NCBI GenBank assembly: GCA_965219235.1
Contig: OZ244721.1
Location: 2,424,573-2,488,572 of the forward strand
DNA length: 64,000 bases
DNA from: Sphingomonadaceae bacterium
GTDB lineage: Bacteria; Pseudomonadota; Alphaproteobacteria; Sphingomonadales; Sphingomonadaceae
Direction of reading: 5' to 3'
The notes below the pieces were generated by a model. That model was not told the DNA's origin. It ran no database searches and saw only the letters and a list, made by a program, of their open reading frames with translations. A program made the position numbers and the translations under genes. Positions 1 through 10,120 of the stretch are shown here, piece by piece (positions within the stretch are counted from its first letter, which is position 1; each line of letters opens with the position of its first letter).

Positions 1-3000
1 GTGGCAGTCACCGGGGCGGGAGGATCGAAGAGCGCGCCCTCCGCCGCCCCCTCGCCCGACGCCCCGTCCGACGCCCCGTCCGCCGCCCCGCCGTCGGCCG
101 CGAGCGCCTCGACCGCGTCGGCCCCCGGATCGGGCGCGGCCGGATCGACCCCCGCATCGGACACCGCATCGATCCCCGCATCGGCCATCCCCGGCGCGGC
201 GACGCCCGGCGCGGCCATCGCCGCCATCGGGAGCCGCGGGGTGTAGGGGCCGCCGGGGCCGCCGGTGTCCTCGACCCACACCCGCTCGGAGCGTCGCTGC
301 GTCGTGGTCGCGCTCACCCGCTGCCCCGCCCGGTCGTAGGCGGTGGTGGTGTCCGACCCGCCGCCGACCTCGACCACCACCCGGTCCATCGCGTCGTACC
401 CGAACCACCGCTCGCGCGCCACCGGCGCGGCATAGGCCACCGCCCGCCCGGCCCCGTCGAGCCACGCGTAGCTCGTCGTGCCCACCACGCGCACGTTGCC
501 GCCCGCGTCGTAGCCGTAGGTCGCCGCGGCGCGCGGCGTGGTCGCGTTGCCCGCCTCCGACCACGACACCATCCGGCCCAAGGCGTCGTAGGTCGCGCTC
601 GCGCTCTGCAGCCGCCCCCCGGGCCCGTCCATCCGCTCCGACACCTTGCGCCCCGCCGCGTCGTAGCCGTAGGTCGCGGTGCGCGTCACGGCGGCCCCCT
701 CGCTGCGCTCCACCCCGCCCAGCCAGCCGGTGTTGAGCTGGTCGTGGCGCGTGGTCACGCCGCCCCGCGCCTCGGACGCCACCCGCCCGCCCGCGTCGTA
801 GGTCGTCACCGTGCGGGCGCCGCCCAGGTCGTAGGCCGACAGCTCGCGCCCGTAGAGGTCGGCGTCGACGGTCGTGCGCCGCCCGTTCGCCTGGGTGGCG
901 ACCGTCCGCCAGCCGCCGAACCGCCCCATCCCCGCGGTCGTGAGCGTGCCGACCCACTCGTACGCCGTGGTGGTCGTGTCGCCCCCCATGTCCCGATGCC
1001 AGGTGACGCGGCCCTGCGCGTCGAACAGCGTGCGCTCGCCGTCGGCCACGCCCAGCACGGTGTGCTCGATCCGCTGCCCCAGCCCGTCCAGCACATAGCT
1101 GTCCACCAGCCCGTCGGCGTGCGCGACCCGGACCAGCCGCCCCATCCGGTCGTAGCCGTTGGCCGTCACGCGGCCCAGCTGGTCGGTCACCGTGCGCGCG
1201 TCGCCATGGATGTCGTAGCCCGTCGACACCTCGCCCCCGTCCGCGAACGTCGTGCGCGCCACCAGCGCCGCCGTCCCGCCATAGCCCGTCCCCGCCAAGA
1301 GCGCGCGGCGCGTCAGGTTGCCGTTGGCGTCCCGGCTCGCGACCAGCCGGCCGCCGGCGTCGTAGTGCAGCCGCTCGGTCGGCTCGACGTCCCGCCGCGT
1401 CCCGTCCGCCAGCACCGTCGCGACCAGCGGGCTCTTCGTCTCGATGAGCCGGCCCATGGTGTTGTAGGCGTAGGCGACCGTCGCCCCCGTCGCGTCGGTC
1501 TCGCTCGCCACCTCCCCGAACGCGGTGTAGGCCCGCCGCGTCGTCAGCACCGCGTTCCCGCCCGCCGCCAGCTCGCGCCCCGGCTCGCGCACCAGCGTCG
1601 CCTGGTCGCGCTGGTCGTAGCTGGTGAGGGTGGCGACGGCACCGTCGGCCTTGGCGTAGCGCACGTTTGCCGCCCCCCCGAACAGCGCGAGCACGTCGTC
1701 CAGCGTCTTGTCCGCCAGGTCCGCGCCCGTGCTGCGCACCGCGAGCGACGGGTTGCCGTTGGCGTCGTGCATGTAATACTGCCACGTCCCGTCGCCCGAG
1801 TTGGTGCGCCACACGCGGCCCGCGTCGTCGTGGTCGAACCGCTCCTGCAGGCCGTTGACGCCGCGGCGGGACACTTCGCCGAACGCGTTGTATTCGACGC
1901 GCGTGACGTCGGGCGCGGGGCCGAGCGTGGGATCGCTTCCCAGCTGCCAGCGGCCGTCGCGGTTGATCATCAGCCCCTGCGTCGTGACCCGCCCCTCGAG
2001 ATCGTAGGCATAGCCGATCGCGTCGCCGACCGTCGAGCCGCCGGGCGTGAGCCGTCCATAGCTCTCGCGGGTGACGCGTCCCGCCGCGTCGTAGGAATAG
2101 CTGCGCGCGAAGCCGGAGGCGTCGGTCACGGTCGCCAGTCGTCCCCCCACCCCGTACCGATACGTCGTCTGTCGGGCGGCCGCGCCCGTGGTGCCGGACT
2201 GCGTGGTCACCTCGAGATCGTTCAGGCCGTTGTAGAGGTAGGTGGTCCTGGGCGACACGGCGAGACCGTTGTAGTCCTGATAGAGCGCCTGGGCTTCGCC
2301 GTTGGCGCCGTACAGCGCGCGCGTCTCGCTGACGAGGCGGCCGCTGGTGTCGTAAGCGTAGTCGGTTCCCTCGCGCGTGGCCTCGATCTTGCGGGTGACT
2401 TGGCCGAGCGCGTTGTATTGGTAGGAGATCACCGCGCTCCTGACGATCTCCGTCCCCGCGCCGGGTTCGAGGACGAGCACGTTGCGCCGGGTCTCGGTCA
2501 GCCGGTTGCCGTTCTTGTCGTAGGCGAAGTCGGTGACGCGGTCCGCGGCGTTCATGGCTACCGCGGGCGGACCGCCCAACGCCGGCACGCCGGCCCGTTC
2601 GGCGTAGCGGCGCTCGTTCGTGACGTTGCCTTCCGCGTCGTAGGTCCAGTCGGTGCGCTGGCTCGTCGCCGCGTCGATCGACACCGCTTCCGAGGTCTTG
2701 CGGCCCAGCCTGTCGTAATAGCTGTGGGTCGCTCCGCCCCTGGGATCCTGCACGCGCACGACGTTGCCCGTCGCGTCGTAGGCGTAGTTGGTCGTCAGCA
2801 ACTGGACGGCATCGGAGAACTGGCCGTTGAAGCTGCCGGTCCGGATGCCGGGCACCCGCGTCTGCACCAGCCGGTCGTTCCCGTCATAGAGGAACTGGGT
2901 GTAGCGATAGGGACCGATCGATGCGGGCGCCACGCCGCCCGCGCCGGCGGGCAGGCGCACCGGAGTCTCGAAGACCCGCGTCTCGATCACGTTGCCGTTG

Positions 3001-6000
3001 GCGTCGTGGAGATGCTGGGTCAGCGTGCCGGTCGCGCTGACCTGGTGGGTCAGCCGGTCGAGCTTGTCGTAGTAGAACAGCGTGCGCGCGCCCACCGCGT
3101 CCCGGGTCTCGATCACGTTGCCCCGCGCGTCGTAGGCGTGGCTCTCGGTGGGCGCGACGAAGACCGGGGCGGCGTCGCCCGCCGGATACGTCCACACCGG
3201 CTCGCCCCGCGTCTCGACCAGGCGGTCGGCGGCATCGTAGGCGTAGGTGGTGACGCGCTGCTCCGTCAGCCCCGCGGCCTCGATGCTCTTGGTGCGGTTG
3301 CCGCGCGCGTCGTATTCGAAGCGGTTGGTGACGGAGGTCGCCCGCCGCGTGCCGCCGTCGTCGTACACCAAGAGCGGCTTGCGCTCCTCCACGAGCAGTC
3401 CGCGCTTGTCGAAGACGTTGGTGGTGACCGCCCCCAGCTTGTTGCGGACCGCGACACGCTGGCCGAACGCGTCCAGCGTGTAGCCGTCCGTGTTGCCGAG
3501 CGCGTCGGTCGTGCCGACGACGCGGCCGAGCTTGTCGTAGGCGAAGCCGGTGGTCGCATATCCGCCGCTGGGCGCGAAGGCGGGAGGCGTTGCGACCACC
3601 GGCGTGGCCGCGAGCGGCTGGACATAGCGCGTGACGCTCGCCACCTCGTCGAACGCGGTGTAGGCGGTGCGGGTGCCATAGCCCTCCGGGTCCACCGAGA
3701 GGGTCAGACGGTTCAGGCTGTCGTAGTAGCGGAACGTCTCGCCCCCGCGCGCGTCGGTCGTCTTCACCGTGTTGCCCAACGCGTCGTACTCGTAGCGCGT
3801 GACGCCGCCCAGCGCGTCGGTCCGGGTGAGCGCGCGGCCCAGGCGGTCGTTCGCGAAGCGCGTCGTGTTGCCGTTCGCGTCCGTGATCGAAGCGAGGTTG
3901 CCCAGAGCGTCGTAGCCGTAGCCGGTGGTGGCCTGCTGCCCCACCACCCCATAGGCGTCGTGCCGGCGGACGAGCCGGCCGGTCAGGTCGTATTCGGACA
4001 GGGTGCGGCTCTCGGCCGCGCCCAGCCCCGCGCCCTGGATCTCCCACTGCAGGGTGCCGTTGCCGTAATAGCCCTTGGAGCTGTGCGCGAGCACCACCTC
4101 CGCCACCCCGTCCGGATAGACCTGATAGGCGTCGGTCAGCCGCCCGACCGCGTCGTAGCCGTATCGGTTGCCCGCCCACGTTCCTGCGGCCTGCGAGGCG
4201 GCGTTCATGTCGGAGGTGGTCGAGGCGTCGGTGGCGGTGACCGTGTTCGCCCAGCGGTAGTCCCGCACCAGCCGCCCTTCGGCGTCGTAGTCATGGCGCG
4301 TGACGAAGTTCTCGGGGTCGACTTCGAAGCGCACCTCGTCGCCGCGCGCCGAATAGAAGGTGCGGGTGATCCGCGCGTCGGCCAGCTTCGTCGCCGCCCA
4401 GCCGTCCATGGTGGACAGGCGCGGCAGGCCTCCGGGCGAATAGGCGGTGGCGAACCGCGCCGTGCGGACGACCCGACCGGCCGTGTCGTAGGTGAAACCC
4501 GTCACGCCGCCGGACGCGTCGATCGCGTAGGCGGCATGGCCCTGCCCGTTGTAGACCACGAAGCTTCGGCGGATGGTGGCGTCCGGCAGCGGGTTGGCGG
4601 TGGCGACCGCCGCCTGGACCGCGTCCAGGGAGAAAGTGGCGGCGGCCGCGATCGGCGTGGCATACTGGATCGTCTGGGTCTGCCGACCGGCCGCGTCGTA
4701 CCCGTACTCCGTGACCCGCAGATCGTCGGCGACGACGTAGCGCACCCGCCCCGCGCCGTCGCGGACGGTGCGGGTGACGAGTTGCGCGTCGGGCGCGAGG
4801 TTCGTGCTGGCGCGCAGCTGGACGAAGGTGCCGTCGGCGCGCAGCGCCGCGGCCGTGGGCGCGGTGTAGGCGATCTCCTGGATCGTCCGCCCCGCCTCGT
4901 CGTAGAGGATCTGGGAGAGATGGCCTTCCGCGTTCAGCGTCCCCGTCAGCCGTCCGTCGCGATCGTAGAAGGAGCGCAGGCGGCTGTCGGCCTCCGGGTT
5001 CGCCGCGACGGTCGTGGTGGCGCCGGGCACTCCGTCCCGCAGCCGGCCCAGCGAAGTCACCGAGATCTTCGTGGCGTAGGCGGTGGTCGCGACGAGCCGG
5101 CCCGCGCCGTCGTACTCGTAGCCGGTCACCGAACCGTCGCCCGCCACCGTCCGCCCCACCCGGCCGCCGCTGTCGTAGGCGGTCCACTGCCACAGGTCGG
5201 CCGCGTCGTCGCGCGCGGGCCGGAACACGGCGCGGTTGGCGAAGTTCGAGCCGGCGAGCCCGTTGGCGTAGCGCACGGTGGCGATCACGCGCCCGTTGGC
5301 GTCGTGGCGGTACTCCACGACATGGCCGTAATGATCGATGTCGGCGACCTTCCGCCCCGCCTCGTCGTAGTAATAGTAGCTGGTGTAGCCCGTCGCGTCG
5401 GTCGCCTTGGTGACGCGGCCGTCGGCGTCGTAGTCGTAGCGGGCGGTGCCGCCGGCGACGTGGTAGCCCGCTTCCGTGGAACTCACCAGGTCGCCGTCCT
5501 TGTTGTAGGTCGAGGTGGTGCTCAGTCCCGAGGCCGTGGTGACGACCGTGGTCGTGTTGGGGTCGTCGAACACGATGGAGGTCGCGCCGCCGTCGGTGTT
5601 GGTGGTGGACACCAGGCGGCCCAGGCCGTCGTACAGGAAGCTCTCGGCGGCCTCTCCCGGCGTGGCGCGGGACAACAGCTGGCCGTGCTGGTCGTAGGTG
5701 TAGATCGCGGAAACGTAGCCGCCGTCGGTCGATCGCGTCACGTTGCCGCGCGCGTCGTACGCGTTGGCGGTCGTCTTCCGGGGCGTGGAATCCGGGATGC
5801 CGGAGCGCCAAGCGTCGAGGTCCGCTTCCGTCAGCAGTCCGAAGACAGGGGTGATGGCGTTCGAGGAATATTCGATGACGGTGGTGGGGTTGCCGTAGCC
5901 GTCATAGCGGTATTCGGTGATGTGGCCTTCGCCCGACATCGTGTAGCGCAGCTGGTTCTTGTCGTTGTGGATGTATTGCGTGACGATCGCGGCGTCGGCG

Positions 6001-7262
6001 GCTCCGCCCCCCGAACGGCCATAGGTGCGTTCGCGCACCAGGCTGTCGTTCGCGTCGTACCAGCGCTCGGTCGTGTCGCCGTTGGCGTCGGTGATCTTCG
6101 TCACGTTGCCGCGCGCGTCGTAGACGTAGCCGGTCCGCGCCCCCGACGCGTCGGTCACGCCGGCGAGGTTGCCATCCGCATCGTAGGCGAAGGCGACCGT
6201 CTGGCGCTGCGGAACCGTCGCGGCGGGATAGGCCTGGACGGCCGGGGTCTCGATCGCCGTCAGCTGGCCGGCGGCGTCGTAGCGCAGCGTGGTCACCCGG
6301 CCCATCGGATCGGTCACGTCGGTCGCGTTCGTGCCGTAGGCGATCCCCGTCGTGCGCGTCGCCATTCCGGGGATCACCTGGGCGATGCGGACGACGCGGC
6401 CGGCCGCGTCGTAGGTCAGGTTGAGCCGCGACCCGTCGCTCTGCACGATCGCGCTGACCAGACGGGTGGTGGCATTGGCGTATTCGTAGCCTGTGGCGTA
6501 GATCCGGCCGTCCGCGATCGAGTTGTCTTCGGGCGACAGGTCGGTGGTCACCTGCGACAGGCGGTTGCTGGCGTCGTAGAAGTAGCGGGTGCGCGTCAGC
6601 GTCCGCGCGACCCCGGCGTCGTCCTTGTAGCCGGTGACGATCGAGGTGATGTTGCCGCCCGTCCAGCCATAGTCGACCGTGCCGCCGTCGGCGGTGGCGA
6701 TCCGGGTGAGAGTGTCGCCGGTGTAGGTGAAGGTCAGCCGGTTGCCGTCGCTGTCGGTCTGCCGGTCGATCCGCCACTCCGCGCCGTGGGCGGCGTAGCG
6801 TTCCGCGACCTGGGTGTCGCCGTCGGTCCAGGTCCAGTAGCCCCCGGCGTAGTTCAGGCGGTCGTGGCTCCCGCCGCCGTCGGTCGTCTCGTAGTACGAG
6901 CCCTGCCAGACGTAGGTCGCGACCGCGCCGTCGCCCGCCACCCGCCTGACCGTGCTGCCCGCCGCGTTCGCGGTTCCCTCCAGCCCGAAGACGCGCCGGT
7001 CCGTGCTCTGCCGCCACTGGTCGCCATTGTCGTCGGCGGCCTGGGCCAGGCTGTTGTAGGTGCGCGCGATCGCGAGGTCGGGGCCGCGCCCGATCAGGAA
7101 CTCGTCCTGCCGCGAGAGGACGAGATTGCCCGTCGCGGCGTTCAGCGTCACCTGGTCCCCGCCGCGCCCCTGCGTGGCGCTGCCGAGCAGCCCCGCGGCG
7201 CCCAGCGTCGCCGCCGATCCGCTCGAACGCCCCGCCGCCAAACCCGTGAAGATCGCAACCAT
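1..7262 (-). CDS. RHS/YD-repeat family protein (N-terminal ~2420 codons; 3' end lies beyond the left edge)
   Basis: Absent from the ORF track (no stop inside the window). Hand translation from ATG 7262 (GGGGGAG 6 nt upstream) gives MVAIFTGLAAGRSSGSAATLGAAGLL...VTLNAATGNLVLSRQDEFLIGRGPDLAIARTYNSL, then many YD repeats (YFYDASNRL, LTYDAAGRVV, YGYDAVGRL, YDAEGRLV, TYGYDAAGRKV, TTAYDRAGQRV). Frame checked by hand at 1-750, 4140-4320 and 6390-7262 without stops. No other minus-strand ORF is listed in this frame. Alternative in-frame ATG at 7298. Confidence 0.85.
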   Translation of the reverse strand, partial: MVAIFTGLAAGRSSGSAATLGAAGLLGSATQGRGGDQVTLNAATGNLVLSRQDEFLIGRGPDLAIARTYNSLAQAADDNGDQWRQSTDRRVFGLEGTANAAGSTVRRVAGDGAVATYVWQGSYYETTDGGGSHDRLNYAGGYWTWTDGDTQVAERYAAHGAEWRIDRQTDSDGNRLTFTYTGDTLTRIATADGGTVDYGWTGGNITSIVTGYKDDAGVARTLTRTRYFYDASNRLSQVTTDLSPEDNSIADGRIYATGYEYANATTRLVSAIVQSDGSRLNLTYDAAGRVVRIAQVIPGMATRTTGIAYGTNATDVTDPMGRVTTLRYDAAGQLTAIETPAVQAYPAATVPQRQTVAFAYDADGNLAGVTDASGARTGYVYDARGNVTKITDANGDTTERWYDANDSLVRERTYGRSGGGAADAAIVTQYIHNDKNQLRYTMSGEGHITEYRYDGYGNPTTVIEYSSNAITPVFGLLTEADLDAWRSGIPDSTPRKTTANAYDARGNVTRSTDGGYVSAIYTYDQHGQLLSRATPGEAAESFLYDGLGRLVSTTNTDGGATSIVFDDPNTTTVVTTASGLSTTSTYNKDGDLVSSTEAGYHVAGGTARYDYDADGRVTKATDATGYTSYYYYDEAGRKVADIDHYGHVVEYRHDANGRVIATVRYANGLAGSNFANRAVFRPARDDAADLWQWTAYDSGGRVGRTVAGDGSVTGYEYDGAGRLVATTAYATKISVTSLGRLRDGVPGATTTVAANPEADSRLRSFYDRDGRLTGTLNAEGHLSQILYDEAGRTIQEIAYTAPTAAALRADGTFVQLRASTNLAPDAQLVTRTVRDGAGRVRYVVADDLRVTEYGYDAAGRQTQTIQYATPIAAAATFSLDAVQAAVATANPLPDATIRRSFVVYNGQGHAAYAIDASGGVTGFTYDTAGRVVRTARFATAYSPGGLPRLSTMDGWAATKLADARITRTFYSARGDEVRFEVDPENFVTRHDYDAEGRLVRDYRWANTVTATDASTTSDMNAASQAAGTWAGNRYGYDAVGRLTDAYQVYPDGVAEVVLAHSSKGYYGNGTLQWEIQGAGLGAAESRTLSEYDLTGRLVRRHDAYGVVGQQATTGYGYDALGNLASITDANGNTTRFANDRLGRALTRTDALGGVTRYEYDALGNTVKTTDARGGETFRYYDSLNRLTLSVDPEGYGTRTAYTAFDEVASVTRYVQPLAATPVVATPPAFAPSGGYATTGFAYDKLGRVVGTTDALGNTDGYTLDAFGQRVAVRNKLGAVTTNVFDKRGLLVEERKPLLVYDDGGTRRATSVTNRFEYDARGNRTKSIEAAGLTEQRVTTYAYDAADRLVETRGEPVWTYPAGDAAPVFVAPTESHAYDARGNVIETRDAVGARTLFYYDKLDRLTHQVSATGTLTQHLHDANGNVIETRVFETPVRLPAGAGGVAPASIGPYRYTQFLYDGNDRLVQTRVPGIRTGSFNGQFSDAVQLLTTNYAYDATGNVVRVQDPRGGATHSYYDRLGRKTSEAVSIDAATSQRTDWTYDAEGNVTNERRYAERAGVPALGGPPAVAMNAADRVTDFAYDKNGNRLTETRRNVLVLEPGAGTEIVRSAVISYQYNALGQVTRKIEATREGTDYAYDTSGRLVSETRALYGANGEAQALYQDYNGLAVSPRTTYLYNGLNDLEVTTQSGTTGAAARQTTYRYGVGGRLATVTDASGFARSYSYDAAGRVTRESYGRLTPGGSTVGDAIGYAYDLEGRVTTQGLMINRDGRWQLGSDPTLGPAPDVTRVEYNAFGEVSRRGVNGLQERFDHDDAGRVWRTNSGDGTWQYYMHDANGNPSLAVRSTGADLADKTLDDVLALFGGAANVRYAKADGAVATLTSYDQRDQATLVREPGRELAAGGNAVLTTRRAYTAFGEVASETDATGATVAYAYNTMGRLIETKSPLVATVLADGTRRDVEPTERLHYDAGGRLVASRDANGNLTRRALLAGTGYGGTAALVARTTFADGGEVSTGYDIHGDARTVTDQLGRVTANGYDRMGRLVRVAHADGLVDSYVLDGLGQRIEHTVLGVADGERTLFDAQGRVTWHRDMGGDTTTTAYEWVGTLTTAGMGRFGGWRTVATQANGRRTTVDADLYGRELSAYDLGGARTVTTYDAGGRVASEARGGVTTRHDQLNTGWLGGVERSEGAAVTRTATYGYDAAGRKVSERMDGPGGRLQSASATYDALGRMVSWSEAGNATTPRAAATYGYDAGGNVRVVGTTSYAWLDGAGRAVAYAAPVARERWFGYDAMDRVVVEVGGGSDTTTAYDRAGQRVSATTTQRRSERVWVEDTGGPGGPYTPRLPMAAMAAPGVAAPGMADAGIDAVSDAGVDPAAPDPGADAVEALAADGGAADGASDGASGEGAAEGALFDPPAPVTA

Positions 7263-7409
7263 GCCCTGCTCCCCCGCCCGGGCACCCGGCCTCATCACGC
7301 GAGGTCGCCCATCGAAAGCACTGATCCGCCGATCCGCCCGCAGGTTTAGGGGACCGCGAAAATAAATCGTCCGCGGCGGGCGGGTTCGGTTGCGGGGAGG
7401 GCGGCTCCC

Positions 7410-8561
7410 CTACCCCCGCATCAGCCCCTCGACGGGCCGCGCGCCCGCCTGGCCCATGAAGACGGTGCGCGCCACCTCGTCGGGATCGAGGCGGAACGCG
7501 CCGGCCAGCGCGCCCGCCGCGAGCATGTCGAGCGACGTGGTGGGCGCGAGGTCGCGCCCCTCGAACAGCTGCGCGGGGCCGAGGCCCGGCCAGTCGGCGA
7601 TCACCCGCCCGCCCTTCACCGCGCCGCCCAGCAGCATCGCCGCCGCGCCCGTGCCGTGGTCGGTGCCGCCGGTGCCGTTGACCGCCGCCGTGCGCCCGAA
7701 CTCGGTGGCGACCAGCACCGTCGTGTCGGCCCAGGCGGACCCCAGCCCGTCGGCCAGCGCGCCGAGGAGCGCGTCGAGATTGCGCAGCCCGTTGGCCAGC
7801 CGCGCGTTCTGGCCGCCGTGCGTGTCCCAGCCGCCGGTCTCCACCATCGCCAGGCTGGGACCGTCGGGCGCCGACAGGAAGCGCGCGGCGAGCGCGCCCA
7901 GACTGGCGGAGTCGGCCCTCGCGTCCGCGCCCCCGGCGATCGCGCGCGCGTCCAGCGCGGCGCTCCACAGCCCGTGGAGCTGCGCGTCGCCCTCATACAG
8001 GCTCGTCACGCGCGCGAGGAGGTCGTCGGTGGGCTGCGGCAGGCGCGAGGCGGCGTAGGAGGCGACCCGCGCCGGCCCCCGGAGCGCCAGCGGGATGGTC
8101 GGCGACAGCGCCAGCGCGCCGCGCTCCGGCTGGGGCAGCAGGCCGATCAGCCGGTTCATCCAGCCGTCCGCCCGGCGCCCGGGGGCGGTGTCGCCGGTCT
8201 CCAGCACGTTCTGCCCGTCGAAATGCGAGCGCTCGCGATAGGGCGTGGCGACGGCGTGGACGAACAGCGCCTCGCCCTTCGCGTGGAGCGCGGCGGTGCG
8301 CTCGAGCGACGGGTGGAGCGCGAAGGTCCCGTCGAGCCGGTGCGCGGCGGCGGGGTCGATGGCGATCGGACCGCGCAGCGCGGCGTAGGCGGGCTCGGCC
8401 ACGGGCACGACGGTGTTCAGCCCGTCCGCCGCGCCGCGCTGGATGACGAACAGGAACCGGGGCCGGCGCGCGGTCTGCGCGAAGCCGACGCGCGGCGCCA
8501 CGAACAGCGCGCCCGCGGCGGAGGCGGCGACGGCGAGGAACCGGCGGCGTGCGAGCGTCAT
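7410..8561 (-). CDS. DUF1501 domain protein (sulfatase-like fold) with twin-arginine signal
   Basis: ORF 7410..8615 trimmed to ATG 8561: MTLARRRFLAVAASAAGALF (Tat motif). GGWDTHG, ATEFGRT and GTDHGTG motifs are characteristic of DUF1501. Confidence 0.85.
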   Translation of the reverse strand: MTLARRRFLAVAASAAGALFVAPRVGFAQTARRPRFLFVIQRGAADGLNTVVPVAEPAYAALRGPIAIDPAAAHRLDGTFALHPSLERTAALHAKGEALFVHAVATPYRERSHFDGQNVLETGDTAPGRRADGWMNRLIGLLPQPERGALALSPTIPLALRGPARVASYAASRLPQPTDDLLARVTSLYEGDAQLHGLWSAALDARAIAGGADARADSASLGALAARFLSAPDGPSLAMVETGGWDTHGGQNARLANGLRNLDALLGALADGLGSAWADTTVLVATEFGRTAAVNGTGGTDHGTGAAAMLLGGAVKGGRVIADWPGLGPAQLFEGRDLAPTTSLDMLAAGALAGAFRLDPDEVARTVFMGQAGARPVEGLMRG

Positions 8562-8622
8562 GGGGTCGTTCCCTTCCAAGGCGAGCGCGGCCCGGTGCCG
8601 GCAGCGCGGGACCACCGCCCGC

Positions 8623-10002
8623 TCATCGCCGCAGGAACTCGGGCGAGACGAACAGCAGCGCCAGGCCGGCGGCCGGCGACTCGGCGCGCGCGACCGCCTG
8701 GACGGTCGCCTCGCCCGGCCCGCCGGGCAGCAGCCGGGGACCGAGCGCGCGCGGGTCGGCGCCGTCGCCGGCGGCCTGGCTCAGCGACTGCGCCACCTCC
8801 ACCCGCCGCACGAGCGCGTCCGGCGCGGCCCAGCCGGCCGCGGTGTCGGGCCAGCCGGCGGGCGAGCCGGGCGACCAGACCGGCTGGCCGAGCTGCTTCA
8901 GCAGCCCGGTCGCGCGGCCCGCGTCGGCCGCCTTCCAGCCCAGGCCGCGCCCGACCGACACCAGCCACTCCCAGGGCGACTTGAACTTCGCCGGCGCGGG
9001 AGCCCAGGCCTCCGGCGACTCGACGAGCGCGCGGTAGACGGTGGGCAGGTCGCCGCCCGACGACAGGAACGCGGCGCGCAGGCGCTGGACGACGGCGGCC
9101 GGCGGATCGTCGGCGACGAAGTGGCGCGCCAGCTTGGTGGCGATGTGGTCGGCGGTGGCCGGCGCCACGGCCAGGTCGGCGAGGATCGCCATCCCCTGCG
9201 CCTCCCCGCCGGCGGGATAGCGACGCCCCAGCACCGTGCGCTCGCCGGGCTCGTGGACCGCCTCGAAGAAGGCGAAGGCGCCCGGCGTCCCCCGGCGCGC
9301 GTTCCCGCGCGCGGCCATGCCGCCCACCGTCCAGCCGGTGAGCGCGCGGGCGAGCTCGACGACGTCGTCCTGGGTGTAGCCGGACCGCGCGCCCAGCGTG
9401 TGCAGCTCCAGGATCTCGCGCGCCAGGTTCTCGTTCAGCCCGCGCTTGGCGTCCGGCCGGCGCTCGGCCAGGCCCAGGCCCCGGCGGCTGTCCGGCCCGA
9501 TCGAGTTCGCCTGGTCGAGGTAGAACAGCATCGCCGGGTGGCGCTCCGCGGCGGCGAGCAGGTCGGCGAACCGGCCCAGCACGTGGGGGCGGATCGCCTC
9601 GGCCTCGAACGCCCCGGCGAAGGGGAGGACGTAGTTCTTGTCGACGGAGACCGCGAAGTGGTTCGACCAGAACTGCGCCAGCCGTTCGACGAAGGGCGTG
9701 TCGGTGGTCAGCGCGACGGCGGCGCGCGCGGCGACGGCGTCGGCATAGTCGTCGCGGTTGTCGAGCTTCAGCGCCGCCTTGGCGTCGCGGCGCCGATCCT
9801 CGGGCGCGGCGTTGACGGCCGCGCGGCCGTCCGCCACCCGGCGCGCGATGTCGGCGGTGGACGCCAGCGCGGCGACGGGCGCCGGGCGGGGGTCGTAGCG
9901 GTCGAGCTGGGCGAGCAGCCAGCCGCGCGGGTCGGCGGGCGGCGCGCCGTCGGGGCGCGCGCCGAGGCCGAAGCGGTTGAGCGCCACCGACGACTCGTTC
10001 AC
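8623..10002 (-). CDS. DUF1800 domain protein
   Basis: ORF 8623..10038. ALNRFGLGARP, WSNHFAVS and REILELHTLG motifs are typical of DUF1800, the usual partner of DUF1501. Start set to GTG 10002 (GGGGAGG 7 nt upstream); ATG 10038 is the alternative. Confidence 0.8.
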   Translation of the reverse strand: MNESSVALNRFGLGARPDGAPPADPRGWLLAQLDRYDPRPAPVAALASTADIARRVADGRAAVNAAPEDRRRDAKAALKLDNRDDYADAVAARAAVALTTDTPFVERLAQFWSNHFAVSVDKNYVLPFAGAFEAEAIRPHVLGRFADLLAAAERHPAMLFYLDQANSIGPDSRRGLGLAERRPDAKRGLNENLAREILELHTLGARSGYTQDDVVELARALTGWTVGGMAARGNARRGTPGAFAFFEAVHEPGERTVLGRRYPAGGEAQGMAILADLAVAPATADHIATKLARHFVADDPPAAVVQRLRAAFLSSGGDLPTVYRALVESPEAWAPAPAKFKSPWEWLVSVGRGLGWKAADAGRATGLLKQLGQPVWSPGSPAGWPDTAAGWAAPDALVRRVEVAQSLSQAAGDGADPRALGPRLLPGGPGEATVQAVARAESPAAGLALLFVSPEFLRR

Positions 10003-10120
10003 GGGCGGACCTCCCCGGCTGGATCGACGCCCTCGCATACGCCAGCAAGTCTGGCGCGCGGCTGAACGGCGGCGCGGAGGGCGGGCTCAACCACACCCGG
10101 CCCTTCTCCCGTCCCGTCGG

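Noticed and set aside
744-7349. 2201-aa plus-strand ORF, the longest in the track
   Set aside because: It is in exact antisense codon register with the RHS gene. The translation is an Arg/Gly/Ala/Val-rich low-information sequence with no motifs. This is the typical open antisense frame of a very GC-rich gene.
2884-7968. Minus-strand ORFs 2884..4179, 4291..5811 and 5902..7968
   Set aside because: They are in a different minus frame from the YD-repeat frame, are Arg/Gly-rich, and the last one crosses the RHS start and the intergenic gap into the DUF1501 gene. These are off-frame shadows.
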